A DNA stretch of 64,000 bases from Candidatus Bipolaricaulota bacterium (GCA_026390345.1 JAPLGD010000072.1:1128-65127), one strand, 5' to 3'. Positions 1-9,702 are shown, numbered from the stretch's first letter. The notes: generated by a model from the letters alone, not told the origin. Program-made: numbers and translations.

Positions 1-1
1 G

Positions 2-856
2 GCGATGTACGAGGCGGGCAAGCTCGACGTCGATGACAACCCGCCGCTCGAGGACATGGACCGGATCAAGACCGACCCCGTCCTATCCAAGGAGCTGAAG
101 CAGGCGCCGCGGCTGTGCACGTACCGCTACGGACTCAACTCCTCGAAGCCGCCGCTCGACAACATCAACGTCCGCAAGGCACTGGCCTCGTCGGTCGACC
201 GACAGTCGCTGATCGACAACGTCCTGAAGGGGAACCAGCTGCCGGCCCAGACCTGGACCTGCCCCGGCATGTTCGGCTACGTGGACGGCGTGGCCCTCGG
301 GATTGGCTACCCGTTCGACCCCGAGGCAGCAAAGCAGTACCTAGCTGACGCAGGGTACCCGGGCGGCGTGGGCTTCCCTGAAGTCACCATCATGGTGAAC
401 ACGAGCCAGGGCCACCAGAAGATCGCGGAGTTCGTCGCCAAGGGCTGGCAGGACACCCTCGGCATCAAGGTGAACATCACGAACCAGGAGTGGGGCGTGT
501 ACCTCAACACCTGCTCCGTGGACGCGCCGCAGGTCTTCCGCATGGGATGGTGCGCAGACTACCCGGACGCCAACAACTTCATGAACGACGTGTTCCATTC
601 GGGCTCGGGGAACAACTACGAGAAGTACAACAACCCCGCGTACGATGCGCTCGTCGAGAAGGCCGCCGTGTCGACCAACGAGGACGAGCGTCTCGAGCTC
701 TACAAGCAGGCCGAGACCCTGATCTGCGACACGGACGTCGCGTTCATCCCGATCTACTTCTACACGTTCAACCAGCTGACGAAGCCCTACGTGGTTCGCA
801 CGTTCGCTTCGATCGGCGGCGAGTCGTGGAAGAACTGGGACATCCTTGACCATTAG
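2..856 (+). CDS. ABC transporter substrate-binding protein, family 5 (peptide/nickel). The 5' end is truncated by the window edge; only the C-terminal 283 residues are present.
   Basis: ORF 5..856 sits in the same frame as the window start. The C-terminal region has the typical family-5 SBP pattern (GWCADYPDANNF, NPAYDALVEKA). It is followed by two DppB/DppC-like permease genes. Confidence 0.8.
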   Translation, partial: AMYEAGKLDVDDNPPLEDMDRIKTDPVLSKELKQAPRLCTYRYGLNSSKPPLDNINVRKALASSVDRQSLIDNVLKGNQLPAQTWTCPGMFGYVDGVALGIGYPFDPEAAKQYLADAGYPGGVGFPEVTIMVNTSQGHQKIAEFVAKGWQDTLGIKVNITNQEWGVYLNTCSVDAPQVFRMGWCADYPDANNFMNDVFHSGSGNNYEKYNNPAYDALVEKAAVSTNEDERLELYKQAETLICDTDVAFIPIYFYTFNQLTKPYVVRTFASIGGESWKNWDILDH

Positions 857-887
857 GTCGTAGGACCTCACTGGAGCCTCACACTTG

Positions 888-914
888 GGGCGGGGCGGCG
901 CGGCCGCCCCGCCC
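888..914 (+). promoter_or_regulatory. Intercistronic GC-rich stem-loop (12 bp perfect stem gggcggggcggc/gccgccccgccc, 3 nt loop) between the binding-protein and permease genes. It has no U-tract.
   Basis: Palindrome read directly at 888-914. The same architecture recurs after the other two binding-protein genes (14060-14084 and 35903-35932). Confidence 0.5.
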
Positions 915-943
915 TCCGAGTGCCCCCCGAGAGGAGTTCGGAG

Positions 944-1861
944 ATGTTCTCGTTCATCGTGCGGCGAATCCTGTGGACGATCCCCGTCATCCTGATCGTG
1001 TCGAGCATCACGTTTCTGCTGATGCACTCGGTGCCCGGCAGCCCGTTCACTCGAGAGAGAGCCCTGCCGGCGGCAATCCAGAAGAACCTCGAGGCGAAGT
1101 ACCACCTGGATGATCCCTTGTGGAAGCAGTACATCGACTACATGTACGGCTTCCTACGCCTCGACTTCGGGCCGTCGATCGCCTACCGCTCCCGGACCGT
1201 GAACGACATCCTGGCCCAGCAGTGGCCTGTGACGGCGACCCTGGGCGGGGTGGCGTTCCTGTTCGCCGTCGTCATGGGAATCCCGCTCGGCGTTCTCTCG
1301 GCGGTCAAGCAAAACACGCTGATCGACCACGGCTCGATGGTGGTGGCGATGCTTGGCGTTTCCATCCCCGCCATTGCTCTCGGCCCGTTCCTCATCTGGA
1401 TCTTCGCCCTCAAGCTCAAGTGGTTCCCCGTCGCGACCTGGGGGTCGCCGTCGCACATCGTCCTCCCCGCCCTGACTCTCTCGACGGCCTACCTCGCCCG
1501 CTTTGCCCGCATCACCCGTGCGTCGATGCTCCAGGTGGTGCGCGAGGAGTACATCCTCGCGGCGCGAGCCAAGGGCCTGCGGGAAATCGTCGTCAACCTG
1601 CGACACGCCTTCCGCAATGCGTTGATCCCCGTGACAACGATCGCCGGCCCGGCGTTCGCCGATATCGTTACCGGCTCTCTGGTCGTCGAGCAGATCTTCG
1701 CCATTCCGGGGATCGGCAAGTACTACGTCCAGAGCATCGGAAACCGCGACTACCCCGTGATCATGGCGACGACGCTCTTGTTCGCGCTCGTCATCGTCCT
1801 GATGAACCTCTTGGTCGACATCAGCTACGCCATGCTCGACCCGCGGATCCGCTACAGCTAG
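944..1861 (+). CDS. ABC transporter permease, DppB/OppB-like.
   Basis: ORF 920..1861, trimmed to ATG 944 (MFSFIVRRILWTIPV). It has multiple transmembrane segments and the family EAA-like loop (AARAKGLREIVVNLRHAFRNA). Confidence 0.85.
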   Translation: MFSFIVRRILWTIPVILIVSSITFLLMHSVPGSPFTRERALPAAIQKNLEAKYHLDDPLWKQYIDYMYGFLRLDFGPSIAYRSRTVNDILAQQWPVTATLGGVAFLFAVVMGIPLGVLSAVKQNTLIDHGSMVVAMLGVSIPAIALGPFLIWIFALKLKWFPVATWGSPSHIVLPALTLSTAYLARFARITRASMLQVVREEYILAARAKGLREIVVNLRHAFRNALIPVTTIAGPAFADIVTGSLVVEQIFAIPGIGKYYVQSIGNRDYPVIMATTLLFALVIVLMNLLVDISYAMLDPRIRYS

Positions 1862-1880
1862 GCCACGGAAGGGAGACGTT

Positions 1881-2852
1881 ATGGCGTTTCACACCAAGAA
1901 GACGCGGTCGGACGACGAGACCGTGAAAGCACCGCCGAGCCGCAGCCTAACGCGTGACGCGATGCGTCGGCTGATGAAGAACCGCGGCGCCGTGGCCGGC
2001 GGGATCATCCTCCTTCTGCTCATTTTCGCGGCCATCTTTGCGGACTTCGTGGCTCCGTACAGCGCCACCGAGGGGGACATCCTCAACAACTACGCCGCGC
2101 CCACGGCGGCCCACCCCTTCGGGTGCGACTTCATGGGACGCGACGTGCTGTCCCGGCTGCTCTTCGGCGCCCGCATCTCCCTTGCGGCAGGGTTCGTGGG
2201 CGCGATCACCGCGTTCGCGATCGGCGTCACGTTCGGGCTTATCTCGGGGTTCTTCGGCGGGAAGACGGACAACTTCATGATGCGCATCGTCGACATCATG
2301 TACGGGTTCCCCACGCTGCTCCTGATCATCCTCCTGATGGTCTTCTTCAAGTCGAGCTTCTCCGTGTCGGGAGTCGCGGGCGCAGGGTTGCGCGGCGTTC
2401 TCTCGAACCTCGATCGGTCGATGGGCGGCATGTTCTTCATCTTCCTCGGGATCGGCCTCACGTCGTGGCTTGGCATGGCCCGGCTTGTCCGCGGCATGAC
2501 GCTCTCCGTGCGGAACACGGAGTACGTGGAGTCGGCGCGGGCGATCGGCACCTCGCGGACTCGGATTCTCTTCCGCCACATCCTCCCGAACGTCCTCGGG
2601 CCCGCCATCGTCGCCCAGGCGCTTCAGATTCCGGGCTTCATCCAGTACGAGGCCTTCCTGTCGTTCATCGGCCTCGGTGTAAACCCCCCCACGCCGAGCT
2701 GGGGCATGATGCTCTCTCAGGGATACCTGGCGATGCGGTCCCACTTCCACCTCGTTCTCTGGCCGGCGCTTGCCATCTCCATCACCCTGTTTGCCTTCAA
2801 CTTTCTGGGAGACGGAGTCCGCGACGCCTTCGATCCGCGGCAGACGAGGTAG
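1881..2852 (+). CDS. ABC transporter permease, DppC/OppC-like.
   Basis: 323 residues with an N-terminal cytoplasmic tail followed by transmembrane segments, the conserved SARAIGTSRTRILFRHILPN motif, and a C-terminal FNFLGDGVRDAFDPR. Confidence 0.85.
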   Translation: MAFHTKKTRSDDETVKAPPSRSLTRDAMRRLMKNRGAVAGGIILLLLIFAAIFADFVAPYSATEGDILNNYAAPTAAHPFGCDFMGRDVLSRLLFGARISLAAGFVGAITAFAIGVTFGLISGFFGGKTDNFMMRIVDIMYGFPTLLLIILLMVFFKSSFSVSGVAGAGLRGVLSNLDRSMGGMFFIFLGIGLTSWLGMARLVRGMTLSVRNTEYVESARAIGTSRTRILFRHILPNVLGPAIVAQALQIPGFIQYEAFLSFIGLGVNPPTPSWGMMLSQGYLAMRSHFHLVLWPALAISITLFAFNFLGDGVRDAFDPRQTR

Positions 2853-2923
2853 GCAGGCGAAGCGCTCTCGTCGGCTAGGCGGCCCGGTGCGACCTTGGCC
2901 GTGGGCGGCGTCCGGCAGCGCGA

Positions 2924-2952
2924 TTGACGGTTCGCAGCACCTGCGATAGAGT
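2924..2952 (+). promoter_or_regulatory. Sigma-70-like promoter TTGACG-17nt-TAGAGT, about 100 nt upstream of the 3056 operon.
   Basis: Hexamers read at 2924-2929 and 2947-2952 with a 17 nt spacer. This is the only lower-GC intergenic stretch before the coupled six-gene operon. Confidence 0.4.
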
Positions 2953-3055
2953 CGGGGTGCGGCCTTCCGGGGAGCGGTAGTCCGAGTGTCTGGAAGGTTC
3001 CCTCGTCCCCTAGCGGGCGCTCTCTCGGAAGTCCCTCGAAAGGGTCGGGATTCCG

Positions 3056-4759
3056 ATGACGGGACGGCGAAGGCTCAAGGGGTTTGCGGTCTTCTTGGCC
3101 CTCGCCGGGCTTCTCGCCGGTCACACCTCTGTCTGCCTCGCGTCCACCTTCGACGTCGTTGTGGGGCTTGCCGGCCGCGTCGTGCCGGAGCGGCTGGCGC
3201 CGATTCACTTGACGCTCACCGGCCTTCCGAGCGGCGCCGCCCGTCTGCGGGTGACTCAGAACGTCGGGAACGCGTGGCGGGGAGAGACGACGATGTCCTT
3301 CGAGATTCCCCTCGCCGAATCTGATCGCGGTGACTTCGAGGAGATCATCCCCATCTACGACGCCGCCCTTCCCCTCCGCCTCGAGCTTCTGTCTGCGGAC
3401 GAACGGCGCCTCGCGGAGAGAGAGGTCGACCTCCGCTCGCGGAGGGTGGACGCCCCCTTCCCAGTCGGGGTCGGAGCCTTCTCGGCCCCCCTCCCTGGTC
3501 AAGCCGCCTCCCTCTCCTCGGCGGAGCTGCCGAAGAAGTGGTCCGCGTACGACGCCGCGGAGAGCGTCTGGATCGGGCGCACGCGTGGGGGACTCGACGG
3601 CGACCAATGGGACGCCTTGGCACGCTGGGTGTTCTCCGGAGGCTCGCTCGTGGTCTTCACGGGCGCCGACTTCTTCCTCCTCGACGCGCCGCGACTGCGT
3701 GACCTCTTGCCCGTCGCGAATCCAACCCTCACCGAGCGGGGGGATGGAGTGCGGGTCCTGACGGGCGACCTCCGCAGCGGGGCGACGCTCCTCGCGACAA
3801 AGGAGAAGGTTCCCTGGCTGGTCGAGAGGCGCTACGGGGCTGGAAACGTTCTCCTCGTGACGGCGGATGCCTTCACGGTCGATGACGCGGAGCTCGCCGA
3901 GATCCGGAGCCACGTGTCCTCCGCGGGCGCGCTGCAACTCGCCGGGGCCGCCTCCGACCTCCTCGATCAGCAACCGATCGACCACCCCGGTCGATGGGTC
4001 GCCACCCTGTTGACCGTCCTGGCCGTCGTCGCCTTGCCGGCCGTGATCGGGCGGCTCGAAGGACGCAGGTCTGCGGCGCCAGCGCTTTGCGCCGTCTTCG
4101 CCGCCCTTGCTCTCTTCGCGGGGGTCTGCACGGATTCCGCACGGGTTGGAAGCGACCTATACCGGACGAACGCAAGCGTGTCGATCGAGGGCTCCCTCGG
4201 CGTGTCGGTATCGTGTTCCGCCCTGTGCTCGGCCGCACGACAGCCGGTGACGGTCCGTGTAGGTGTGGACGCTGTTCCCTACGAGCCTCTCCCGCGCAGC
4301 TTCGAGTCTGGATCGTACGACATGGCGTATCGCGACGGGGCGGCGCAGATCACGCTCGCACCGGGCGGACGTCGATTCCTCATCGCAGAGAGCGACGCAC
4401 CCGTGCGGCTCCGAGCGCGGCTTGCCGGCGATGAGGAGCTACGGCTGACCAGCCGAGGGTCCCGGATCCTCGCAGACGCGCTTCTCCTCCTCGACGGCGA
4501 GGTCTTCGTCTTGCCGCCGCTCGAACCCGGCGAAGTCACGATCTACCTCGCCAACCCTTCATCTGAGAGCACGCGGTCCTTGGGCCCTGAGGGCGGCTCG
4601 CTCGACCGCCTCCTTGCCGCTGCGGCAGACTCACTCCCGCTTCGCCGGGGAGCGTGGTTGGTGGCGGGGGAGATCACGGAGACGAAGCACGCAGAGAGCG
4701 GAGTCCGGACGCGCGTGAGAGACGTAAGCCTCTACGTCGTGGAGGTAGAGCGTGACTAG
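3056..4759 (+). CDS. Secreted/membrane-anchored hypothetical protein. It has a signal peptide, a soluble domain of about 300 residues, two transmembrane segments, and a C-terminal domain of about 200 residues. It is the first gene of the MoxR-VWA operon.
   Basis: Its N-terminus is MTGRRRLKGFAVFLALAGLLAGHTSVCLAS. It has a central hydrophobic pair (WVATLLTVLAVVALPAVIG, ALCAVFAALALFAGVC). Its stop overlaps the next start (GTGACTAG). I could recognise no catalytic motif. Confidence 0.6.
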   Translation: MTGRRRLKGFAVFLALAGLLAGHTSVCLASTFDVVVGLAGRVVPERLAPIHLTLTGLPSGAARLRVTQNVGNAWRGETTMSFEIPLAESDRGDFEEIIPIYDAALPLRLELLSADERRLAEREVDLRSRRVDAPFPVGVGAFSAPLPGQAASLSSAELPKKWSAYDAAESVWIGRTRGGLDGDQWDALARWVFSGGSLVVFTGADFFLLDAPRLRDLLPVANPTLTERGDGVRVLTGDLRSGATLLATKEKVPWLVERRYGAGNVLLVTADAFTVDDAELAEIRSHVSSAGALQLAGAASDLLDQQPIDHPGRWVATLLTVLAVVALPAVIGRLEGRRSAAPALCAVFAALALFAGVCTDSARVGSDLYRTNASVSIEGSLGVSVSCSALCSAARQPVTVRVGVDAVPYEPLPRSFESGSYDMAYRDGAAQITLAPGGRRFLIAESDAPVRLRARLAGDEELRLTSRGSRILADALLLLDGEVFVLPPLEPGEVTIYLANPSSESTRSLGPEGGSLDRLLAAAADSLPLRRGAWLVAGEITETKHAESGVRTRVRDVSLYVVEVERD

Positions 4760-5393
4760 ATCGTACCCATTGATGGACCGCGACGGCTGGCGCCCGTACT
4801 TCAGTCTCGTTCTCTTCTGCGGCATCGCTCTCACCCTCTCCATCCCGAGTGCCCGTGTCGTTCGGGATCTTGCGTCCGCCTCATTCCTGTCCGTCCTTCC
4901 GACCTTCTTCTACGCGCACGCTCTGTTCATGGGTCTCCTCGGATTGGCGCTCGGCACCGCGAGCGCCGGGCGGGGTGAGCAGGGAGGTCGGATGCTCGTG
5001 TCTCTCGCTCTCCGCGTCCTTCTGGGGCAATTCCTCTGCCTCCCGTACCTCGTCTTCGCCCGCGGCCTCTTCCCCGGCCGCGGGGAAACCTTCGCCCTCA
5101 TTGCGCTCTTCACGACGCTCGTTTCGCTCGCGCTGGCCGTGTTCGGTCGGTGGATCGAACAGCCGCGGCGGTCCGGACCCTCCTCCGGCTTCCTCGCGAA
5201 GTACGCTCTCTTTATTGGCTACTACGCCGCTCCTCTCGCGGGACTTCCGCTCCTGTCGCCCCTGGGAGCGGTGGGGCTCCTTCTCGAGGGCGTCGCACCT
5301 CTCGAGGCGCTCCTCGCGCTCCTCGTCCCCGCCGCCCTTCTCGGGGTCCTGTCTCCGTTCGCGGTCCGGCTGAAAGGGGAGGGTCATGTTTGA
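4752..5393 (+). CDS. Polytopic integral membrane protein, 213 residues, function unknown.
   Basis: GTG start preceded by GGAGG. Five to six hydrophobic helices. It is translationally coupled on both sides. Confidence 0.6.
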   Translation: MTRSYPLMDRDGWRPYFSLVLFCGIALTLSIPSARVVRDLASASFLSVLPTFFYAHALFMGLLGLALGTASAGRGEQGGRMLVSLALRVLLGQFLCLPYLVFARGLFPGRGETFALIALFTTLVSLALAVFGRWIEQPRRSGPSSGFLAKYALFIGYYAAPLAGLPLLSPLGAVGLLLEGVAPLEALLALLVPAALLGVLSPFAVRLKGEGHV

Positions 5394-6861
5394 CCTCGGC
5401 CGTCTGGAGAGACAGGCCGTGAGGCGTTCGAGGACCCTGCACGGTGTGCGGACCGCGGGCATCGCCTTCGCGGCGGCCGTCGCCGCCGTCCTGGTCGCGG
5501 CCGTGGCCGCCAGACTCGGGGCGTTCGCTCCTCGCCTCGACCTGTCCGTGGCGGCGGTCCTCTTCATCGCCGCCGCGGCCATCGCTGGGTTTGTTGTCGG
5601 ACACGCTCCCAGGCCGGACATCGCCCGCCTGCTTCTGTCGATCGATCTCGCCCTCGCTACGGGAGAGCGCCTTTGTTCCCTGCACGAACTTCGCTCGCGC
5701 AGCGGGGCGACTCCCCTCGAGAACCGGATCGCGGCTAGGCTTGCCGAAGCCCCGCCCGCGTGGCGCCGTGTCCTGCGGCTTCGCCGGGCCGATATTCTCC
5801 CGTGGGTAGCCGGCGGCGGCGCGCTGACTCTGGCCGTCCTCCTCGCCCTCACGATCGCGCCACCCGCTCCCACCGCGACGGTGGACTCAAGCCACGAGGT
5901 CCGCGTCTCGAGCGGCCGAAACGCGACCCAAGGATCCTCGAATCCCCTCGAGGCGAAGACCGGCGCCGCCGTTGCGAGCGACCGTGGCCTCAGTCCGAGC
6001 GAGCCCGCCGAGCCCTTCGCCGATACGCTCGCCGAACTCCTCTCGGCGCCTCCCTCGCAGGGGCTTCTCGGCGATCTCGGAGACGAGACGCCCACAGAAG
6101 CAAGCTCGCCCGCTCGGAATTCGCGCCGATCGCTCTCGGAATACCTCTCGCAGCTCCTGAGCCGGGCGCAGGCCGACCGCAACCAGACCTTCGCTTTGAC
6201 CGAGCATGAGAAGGAGTCCCTACAGGACCTTCTGCGGAACGTGCCCGGATCGAGTCTTCGCCAATCTCTGTCGTCGTTGCTCGGAGGCGAGACCGGGGAT
6301 GCCCTGAAGGCACGACTCGAGGAGTCCCAGCGGCTTCTCGAGAACTCAGCACGCGGCGACGAGGGTGAGGCGGGCTCGCAGGCCGGGAGGTCGCCGGGAA
6401 GCCCCGAGGGCGAGGCGAACGGGAGCAACCCCGAATCGATCGGCTGGGTTCCCCTTCCCCCCTCATCCGACGGTGAGACCGAGACCACCGAAGCGAGCGG
6501 ACGCCGGACGGGGGCGGACGCCGGGGAGCCCGAGACGCAGGGCGGGTCCGCTCTTCCACGCAACGAGGAGGGCGGGTCGGCCGTCGGAGCAGAAGGAACT
6601 GGACAGGCACCGGCTGCCCCTCCCGGCCTCGGGTTCGTTCCCGAGGAGCTCCTGGGGAGCGTGGGCTCCGAAGGAGACCTACGTCGGTACTTCACCAAAG
6701 GGACTCCGTTCGAGCCACCCGCCGAGAACCGCGCACCCGTCGCCACTCTTTCCCTCGACTACGAGGCCTTGCGTGCCCTGCTCGAAACACGCGCCCTCAC
6801 CCCCGAGGTCCAAACCATCGTCCGGGCCTACTTCGCCGAGATCACGCGGGGAGGACCATGA
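5386..6861 (+). CDS. Membrane protein with two N-terminal transmembrane helices, a Ser/Glu/Gly/Pro-rich disordered linker of about 250 residues, and a conserved C-terminal domain.
   Basis: ATG 5386 is preceded by GGGGAGGG. The hydrophobic N-terminus is IAFAAAVAAVLVAAVAA ... VAAVLFIAAAAIAGFVV. It has a low-complexity acidic middle and its stop overlaps the MoxR start (ATGA). Confidence 0.55.
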   Translation: MFDLGRLERQAVRRSRTLHGVRTAGIAFAAAVAAVLVAAVAARLGAFAPRLDLSVAAVLFIAAAAIAGFVVGHAPRPDIARLLLSIDLALATGERLCSLHELRSRSGATPLENRIAARLAEAPPAWRRVLRLRRADILPWVAGGGALTLAVLLALTIAPPAPTATVDSSHEVRVSSGRNATQGSSNPLEAKTGAAVASDRGLSPSEPAEPFADTLAELLSAPPSQGLLGDLGDETPTEASSPARNSRRSLSEYLSQLLSRAQADRNQTFALTEHEKESLQDLLRNVPGSSLRQSLSSLLGGETGDALKARLEESQRLLENSARGDEGEAGSQAGRSPGSPEGEANGSNPESIGWVPLPPSSDGETETTEASGRRTGADAGEPETQGGSALPRNEEGGSAVGAEGTGQAPAAPPGLGFVPEELLGSVGSEGDLRRYFTKGTPFEPPAENRAPVATLSLDYEALRALLETRALTPEVQTIVRAYFAEITRGGP

Positions 6862-7841
6862 TCACAGAGTATGACCTCGATCGGACGTACTCCACGCTGG
6901 AGCGCCTTCGCGGGGCGATCGGCACCGCCGTCGTCGGTCAAGGAGCCGTCGTCGAGGCCGCCCTCGTCGCGCTCCTGTGCGGCGGAAACGTCCTTCTGGA
7001 AGGCGTCCCCGGCCTGGGGAAAACTCTCCTTGTCCGCGCCCTGGCGAGCTCCCTCGGGCTTCGGTTCTCGCGCATCCAGTTCACCCCAGACCTTATGCCA
7101 GCCGACATCGTGGGCACGAACGTCCTCTCGGACGACGGCGGGCGGCGCCAGTTCACGTACTCTCCCGGCCCGATCTTCGCCAACATCGTTCTCGCCGACG
7201 AGGTGAACCGTGCGACTCCGAAGACCCAGTCGGCCCTGCTCGAGGCGATGGAAGAGCGGACGGTCACGGTCGGGAAGGCGACGTACCTTCTCGGAACCCC
7301 GTTCCTGGTCCTCGCCACGCAGAATCCGATCGAGATGGAGGGAACGTACCCTCTCCCCGAGGCGCAGCTGGACCGGTTCTTCTTCAAGGTGCCCGTCGGC
7401 TATCCCTCCCTAGAGGACCTGGTCGCCATCACCGAGCGCAACACCGAGGGCGGCGGGGTCGCTCTTCCGGAGCCCGTCGCGTCAGCCGACGATATCCTCT
7501 CCGCCCAAGCCGTCGTCCGTGAGGTCCCCATCGCCCAACCTCTACGGCAGTACGTGGCTCGGTTGGTCTTGGCGACCCATCCTGACAGCGGCCACGCCCC
7601 GAAGGACGTCCAGTCGTTTGTCGAGTATGGCGCGAGCCCTCGGGCAGCCATCGCGACGATTCTCGGCGCGAAGGCGCACGCCCTCCTCGCCGAAGAGCCG
7701 AACGTCCGTAGGGCTGACATCGAGGCCGTGTTTCCCCTAGCCCTCGTTCACCGCGTTATCCTCAGCTTCCGGGGGGAGGCTGAGGGCATCGGCGTGCCCG
7801 CGCTGCTTCGACGCGTGTGGGAGGAGACGTCGGTCCTATGA
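6858..7841 (+). CDS. MoxR-family AAA+ ATPase.
   Basis: Walker A GVPGLGKT, Walker B/sensor LADEVNRATPKTQSALLEAMEE, and the family-typical PIEMEGTYPLPEAQLDRF. 327 residues. Confidence 0.9.
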   Translation: MITEYDLDRTYSTLERLRGAIGTAVVGQGAVVEAALVALLCGGNVLLEGVPGLGKTLLVRALASSLGLRFSRIQFTPDLMPADIVGTNVLSDDGGRRQFTYSPGPIFANIVLADEVNRATPKTQSALLEAMEERTVTVGKATYLLGTPFLVLATQNPIEMEGTYPLPEAQLDRFFFKVPVGYPSLEDLVAITERNTEGGGVALPEPVASADDILSAQAVVREVPIAQPLRQYVARLVLATHPDSGHAPKDVQSFVEYGASPRAAIATILGAKAHALLAEEPNVRRADIEAVFPLALVHRVILSFRGEAEGIGVPALLRRVWEETSVL

Positions 7842-7911
7842 GAACCCCGTTCACCGACGAGGCTCGGCTCCCGGACCTCCGTGCGATTCGTAACGCGGGA
7901 GACGATCTCGC

Positions 7912-9702
7912 GTGATCCTCGCGAGCCCGACGTACCTTTCTCTCCTCGCCCTGACGATCGGCATCGTCCTTCTCTACTTCCTCAGCACGCGCCCCCGGCG
8001 GCACGAGGTCTCCGCCCTCTTCCTGTGGGAGGGGTTCCCGAGCGATCCGCGGACGCGAGCCGCGAGGGTTCGTGTTCGGATCGACGCCTCGCTCCTTCTG
8101 CAGATCCTTGTCCTCGCCGCAGCGGTCCTTGCCCTGGCCGATCCGGCATTCCCGACACGAGCGGCACGCCTGGGCGGTCTGGCCATCGTGCTGGATGGAA
8201 GCGCAAGCCTTCGCGCGATGAGCGCAGACGGGCGGTCGTCCGCCGATCGCTGTCGGTCGGAAGCGTTGGCCCTGCTCGACCGCTTCCCGACAACGCCGGT
8301 CGCCGTCTTCGAACTCACGGCCTCGCCCCGCCTCCTGGCGTCCCTCTCCGCAGACCACGAGCAAGCTCGGCGCGTCGTCGCGATGTGGGAACCCACGTGG
8401 TTCGCGAACGGCACCCGTCAGGACCTGATCGATTTGCTCGGCAGTCAGGGAGGAACGTACGAGCGGATCGTGTTTCTGACGGACGGAGCGCCTGCGGTCT
8501 CTCTTCCCGGTCTCGAGGTGGTCTCGTTCTCGCCCGGCGAGAACCTCGCGCTCACGGCCTTCAGCGTCCGCGAAAACCCGAGTGGATCGGGGTCGATGGG
8601 CTTCGCCCGCGTCCGCAACGACACCTCGTCCGACTACGAAGGCACGCTTCGTGTCAGCGACGGCGCGCGACGAGCCTCGGTTTCCGTCTTCCTCGCGCCC
8701 GGCGAGGAGCAGGTCTTCGTCCTTCCTTTCCCGGCGTCCGTCGGACCGCTGTTCACGGCCACGATCGACGCCGCCGATGCGTTCCCCGCCGACGACTCTC
8801 GCGTGGCAAGTCTCGCCCGTCAGACAGAGTGGCGGATCCGGATCGTGGGCGACGTCGATCGCTACCTGCGGGCCGCCTTGGCCTCGGTCGGCACCGTGCG
8901 CTTTCTCGGGGCGAGCGACCCCACTTCGGCCGACCTCACCGTGGCCTGCGATGTCTCGCTCCCGGAAGACACGCCTGGAAGCATCCTCCTCGTCCACAGC
9001 TCTCTTCCTGGGATCGCCGAAGTCGGCGACGATCGCGACGGGGAGCCAGGGCCGCTCTTCGCCGACGCCCCCGGGGACCCTCTCCTCGCCAGCGTCGATC
9101 CCCTGGACTTCGTCGTCCGCCGCGCCCCCGTGACTCGGCTCCTCGTGGCCGGCGTCACCCTCCTCTCGGCAGGTGGGGAGCCGGTCCTCTGGCGCGCCGA
9201 CCTCCCGGATCGACGCATCGTCGTCCTCGCACCCGATCCGATCCGGACGAACCTGCCGCTTTGCGTCGACTTTCCCATCCTCGTCTGGAACATCATCCAC
9301 TGGCTCTCCCTCGCGAATCCCTCCGCCCCTTCCTCGGCGCCGGTCGCCGGTGAGCCGATCCCGTTCTCTCCCTACGGGACCCCCGAGCGTCTCGAGGATC
9401 CGTCCGATCACGAGATCCCGGTGGACGCCGACACCGTCGGCTTCGTCGCGAGGGCCCCCGGGGTCTACCGACTCACAACGTCGACGGGAACCTACGCCGT
9501 CGCCGTGAACGTGGACTGGAACGAGTCGCCTCGCCCCTCCACCTCGAGCACCGCAGCGCCGGCGCCCGCCGACGGGGCGCGGGCTCGGCTGGATTCCACG
9601 TTCTTCTTCGCGTGGCCGATCGCCGCGGCCCTCGCGCTGGCCTTCCTCGTCCTCGAGTGCGTCGTCTACCAGCGGCCCGGTCTCCCGCGGAGGCGAGCGT
9701 GA
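7912..9702 (+). CDS. BatA-like protein with an N-terminal double-transmembrane domain and a VWA-like domain carrying a putative MIDAS motif (DGSAS).
   Basis: GTG start. N-terminus MILASPTYLSLLALTIGIVLLYFLSTRPRR...ALFLWEGF matches the aerotolerance-regulator N-terminal pattern, followed by LAIVLDGSASL. Confidence 0.7.
   Translation: MILASPTYLSLLALTIGIVLLYFLSTRPRRHEVSALFLWEGFPSDPRTRAARVRVRIDASLLLQILVLAAAVLALADPAFPTRAARLGGLAIVLDGSASLRAMSADGRSSADRCRSEALALLDRFPTTPVAVFELTASPRLLASLSADHEQARRVVAMWEPTWFANGTRQDLIDLLGSQGGTYERIVFLTDGAPAVSLPGLEVVSFSPGENLALTAFSVRENPSGSGSMGFARVRNDTSSDYEGTLRVSDGARRASVSVFLAPGEEQVFVLPFPASVGPLFTATIDAADAFPADDSRVASLARQTEWRIRIVGDVDRYLRAALASVGTVRFLGASDPTSADLTVACDVSLPEDTPGSILLVHSSLPGIAEVGDDRDGEPGPLFADAPGDPLLASVDPLDFVVRRAPVTRLLVAGVTLLSAGGEPVLWRADLPDRRIVVLAPDPIRTNLPLCVDFPILVWNIIHWLSLANPSAPSSAPVAGEPIPFSPYGTPERLEDPSDHEIPVDADTVGFVARAPGVYRLTTSTGTYAVAVNVDWNESPRPSTSSTAAPAPADGARARLDSTFFFAWPIAAALALAFLVLECVVYQRPGLPRRRA

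Noticed and set aside
4881-6746. A 621-residue ORF on the minus strand, antisense to the MoxR-operon genes.
   Set aside because: It has Arg/Pro/Gly/Ala-rich composition typical of out-of-frame or antisense reading of roughly 70% GC coding DNA, with no motifs or RBS. It fully overlaps well-supported plus-strand genes.
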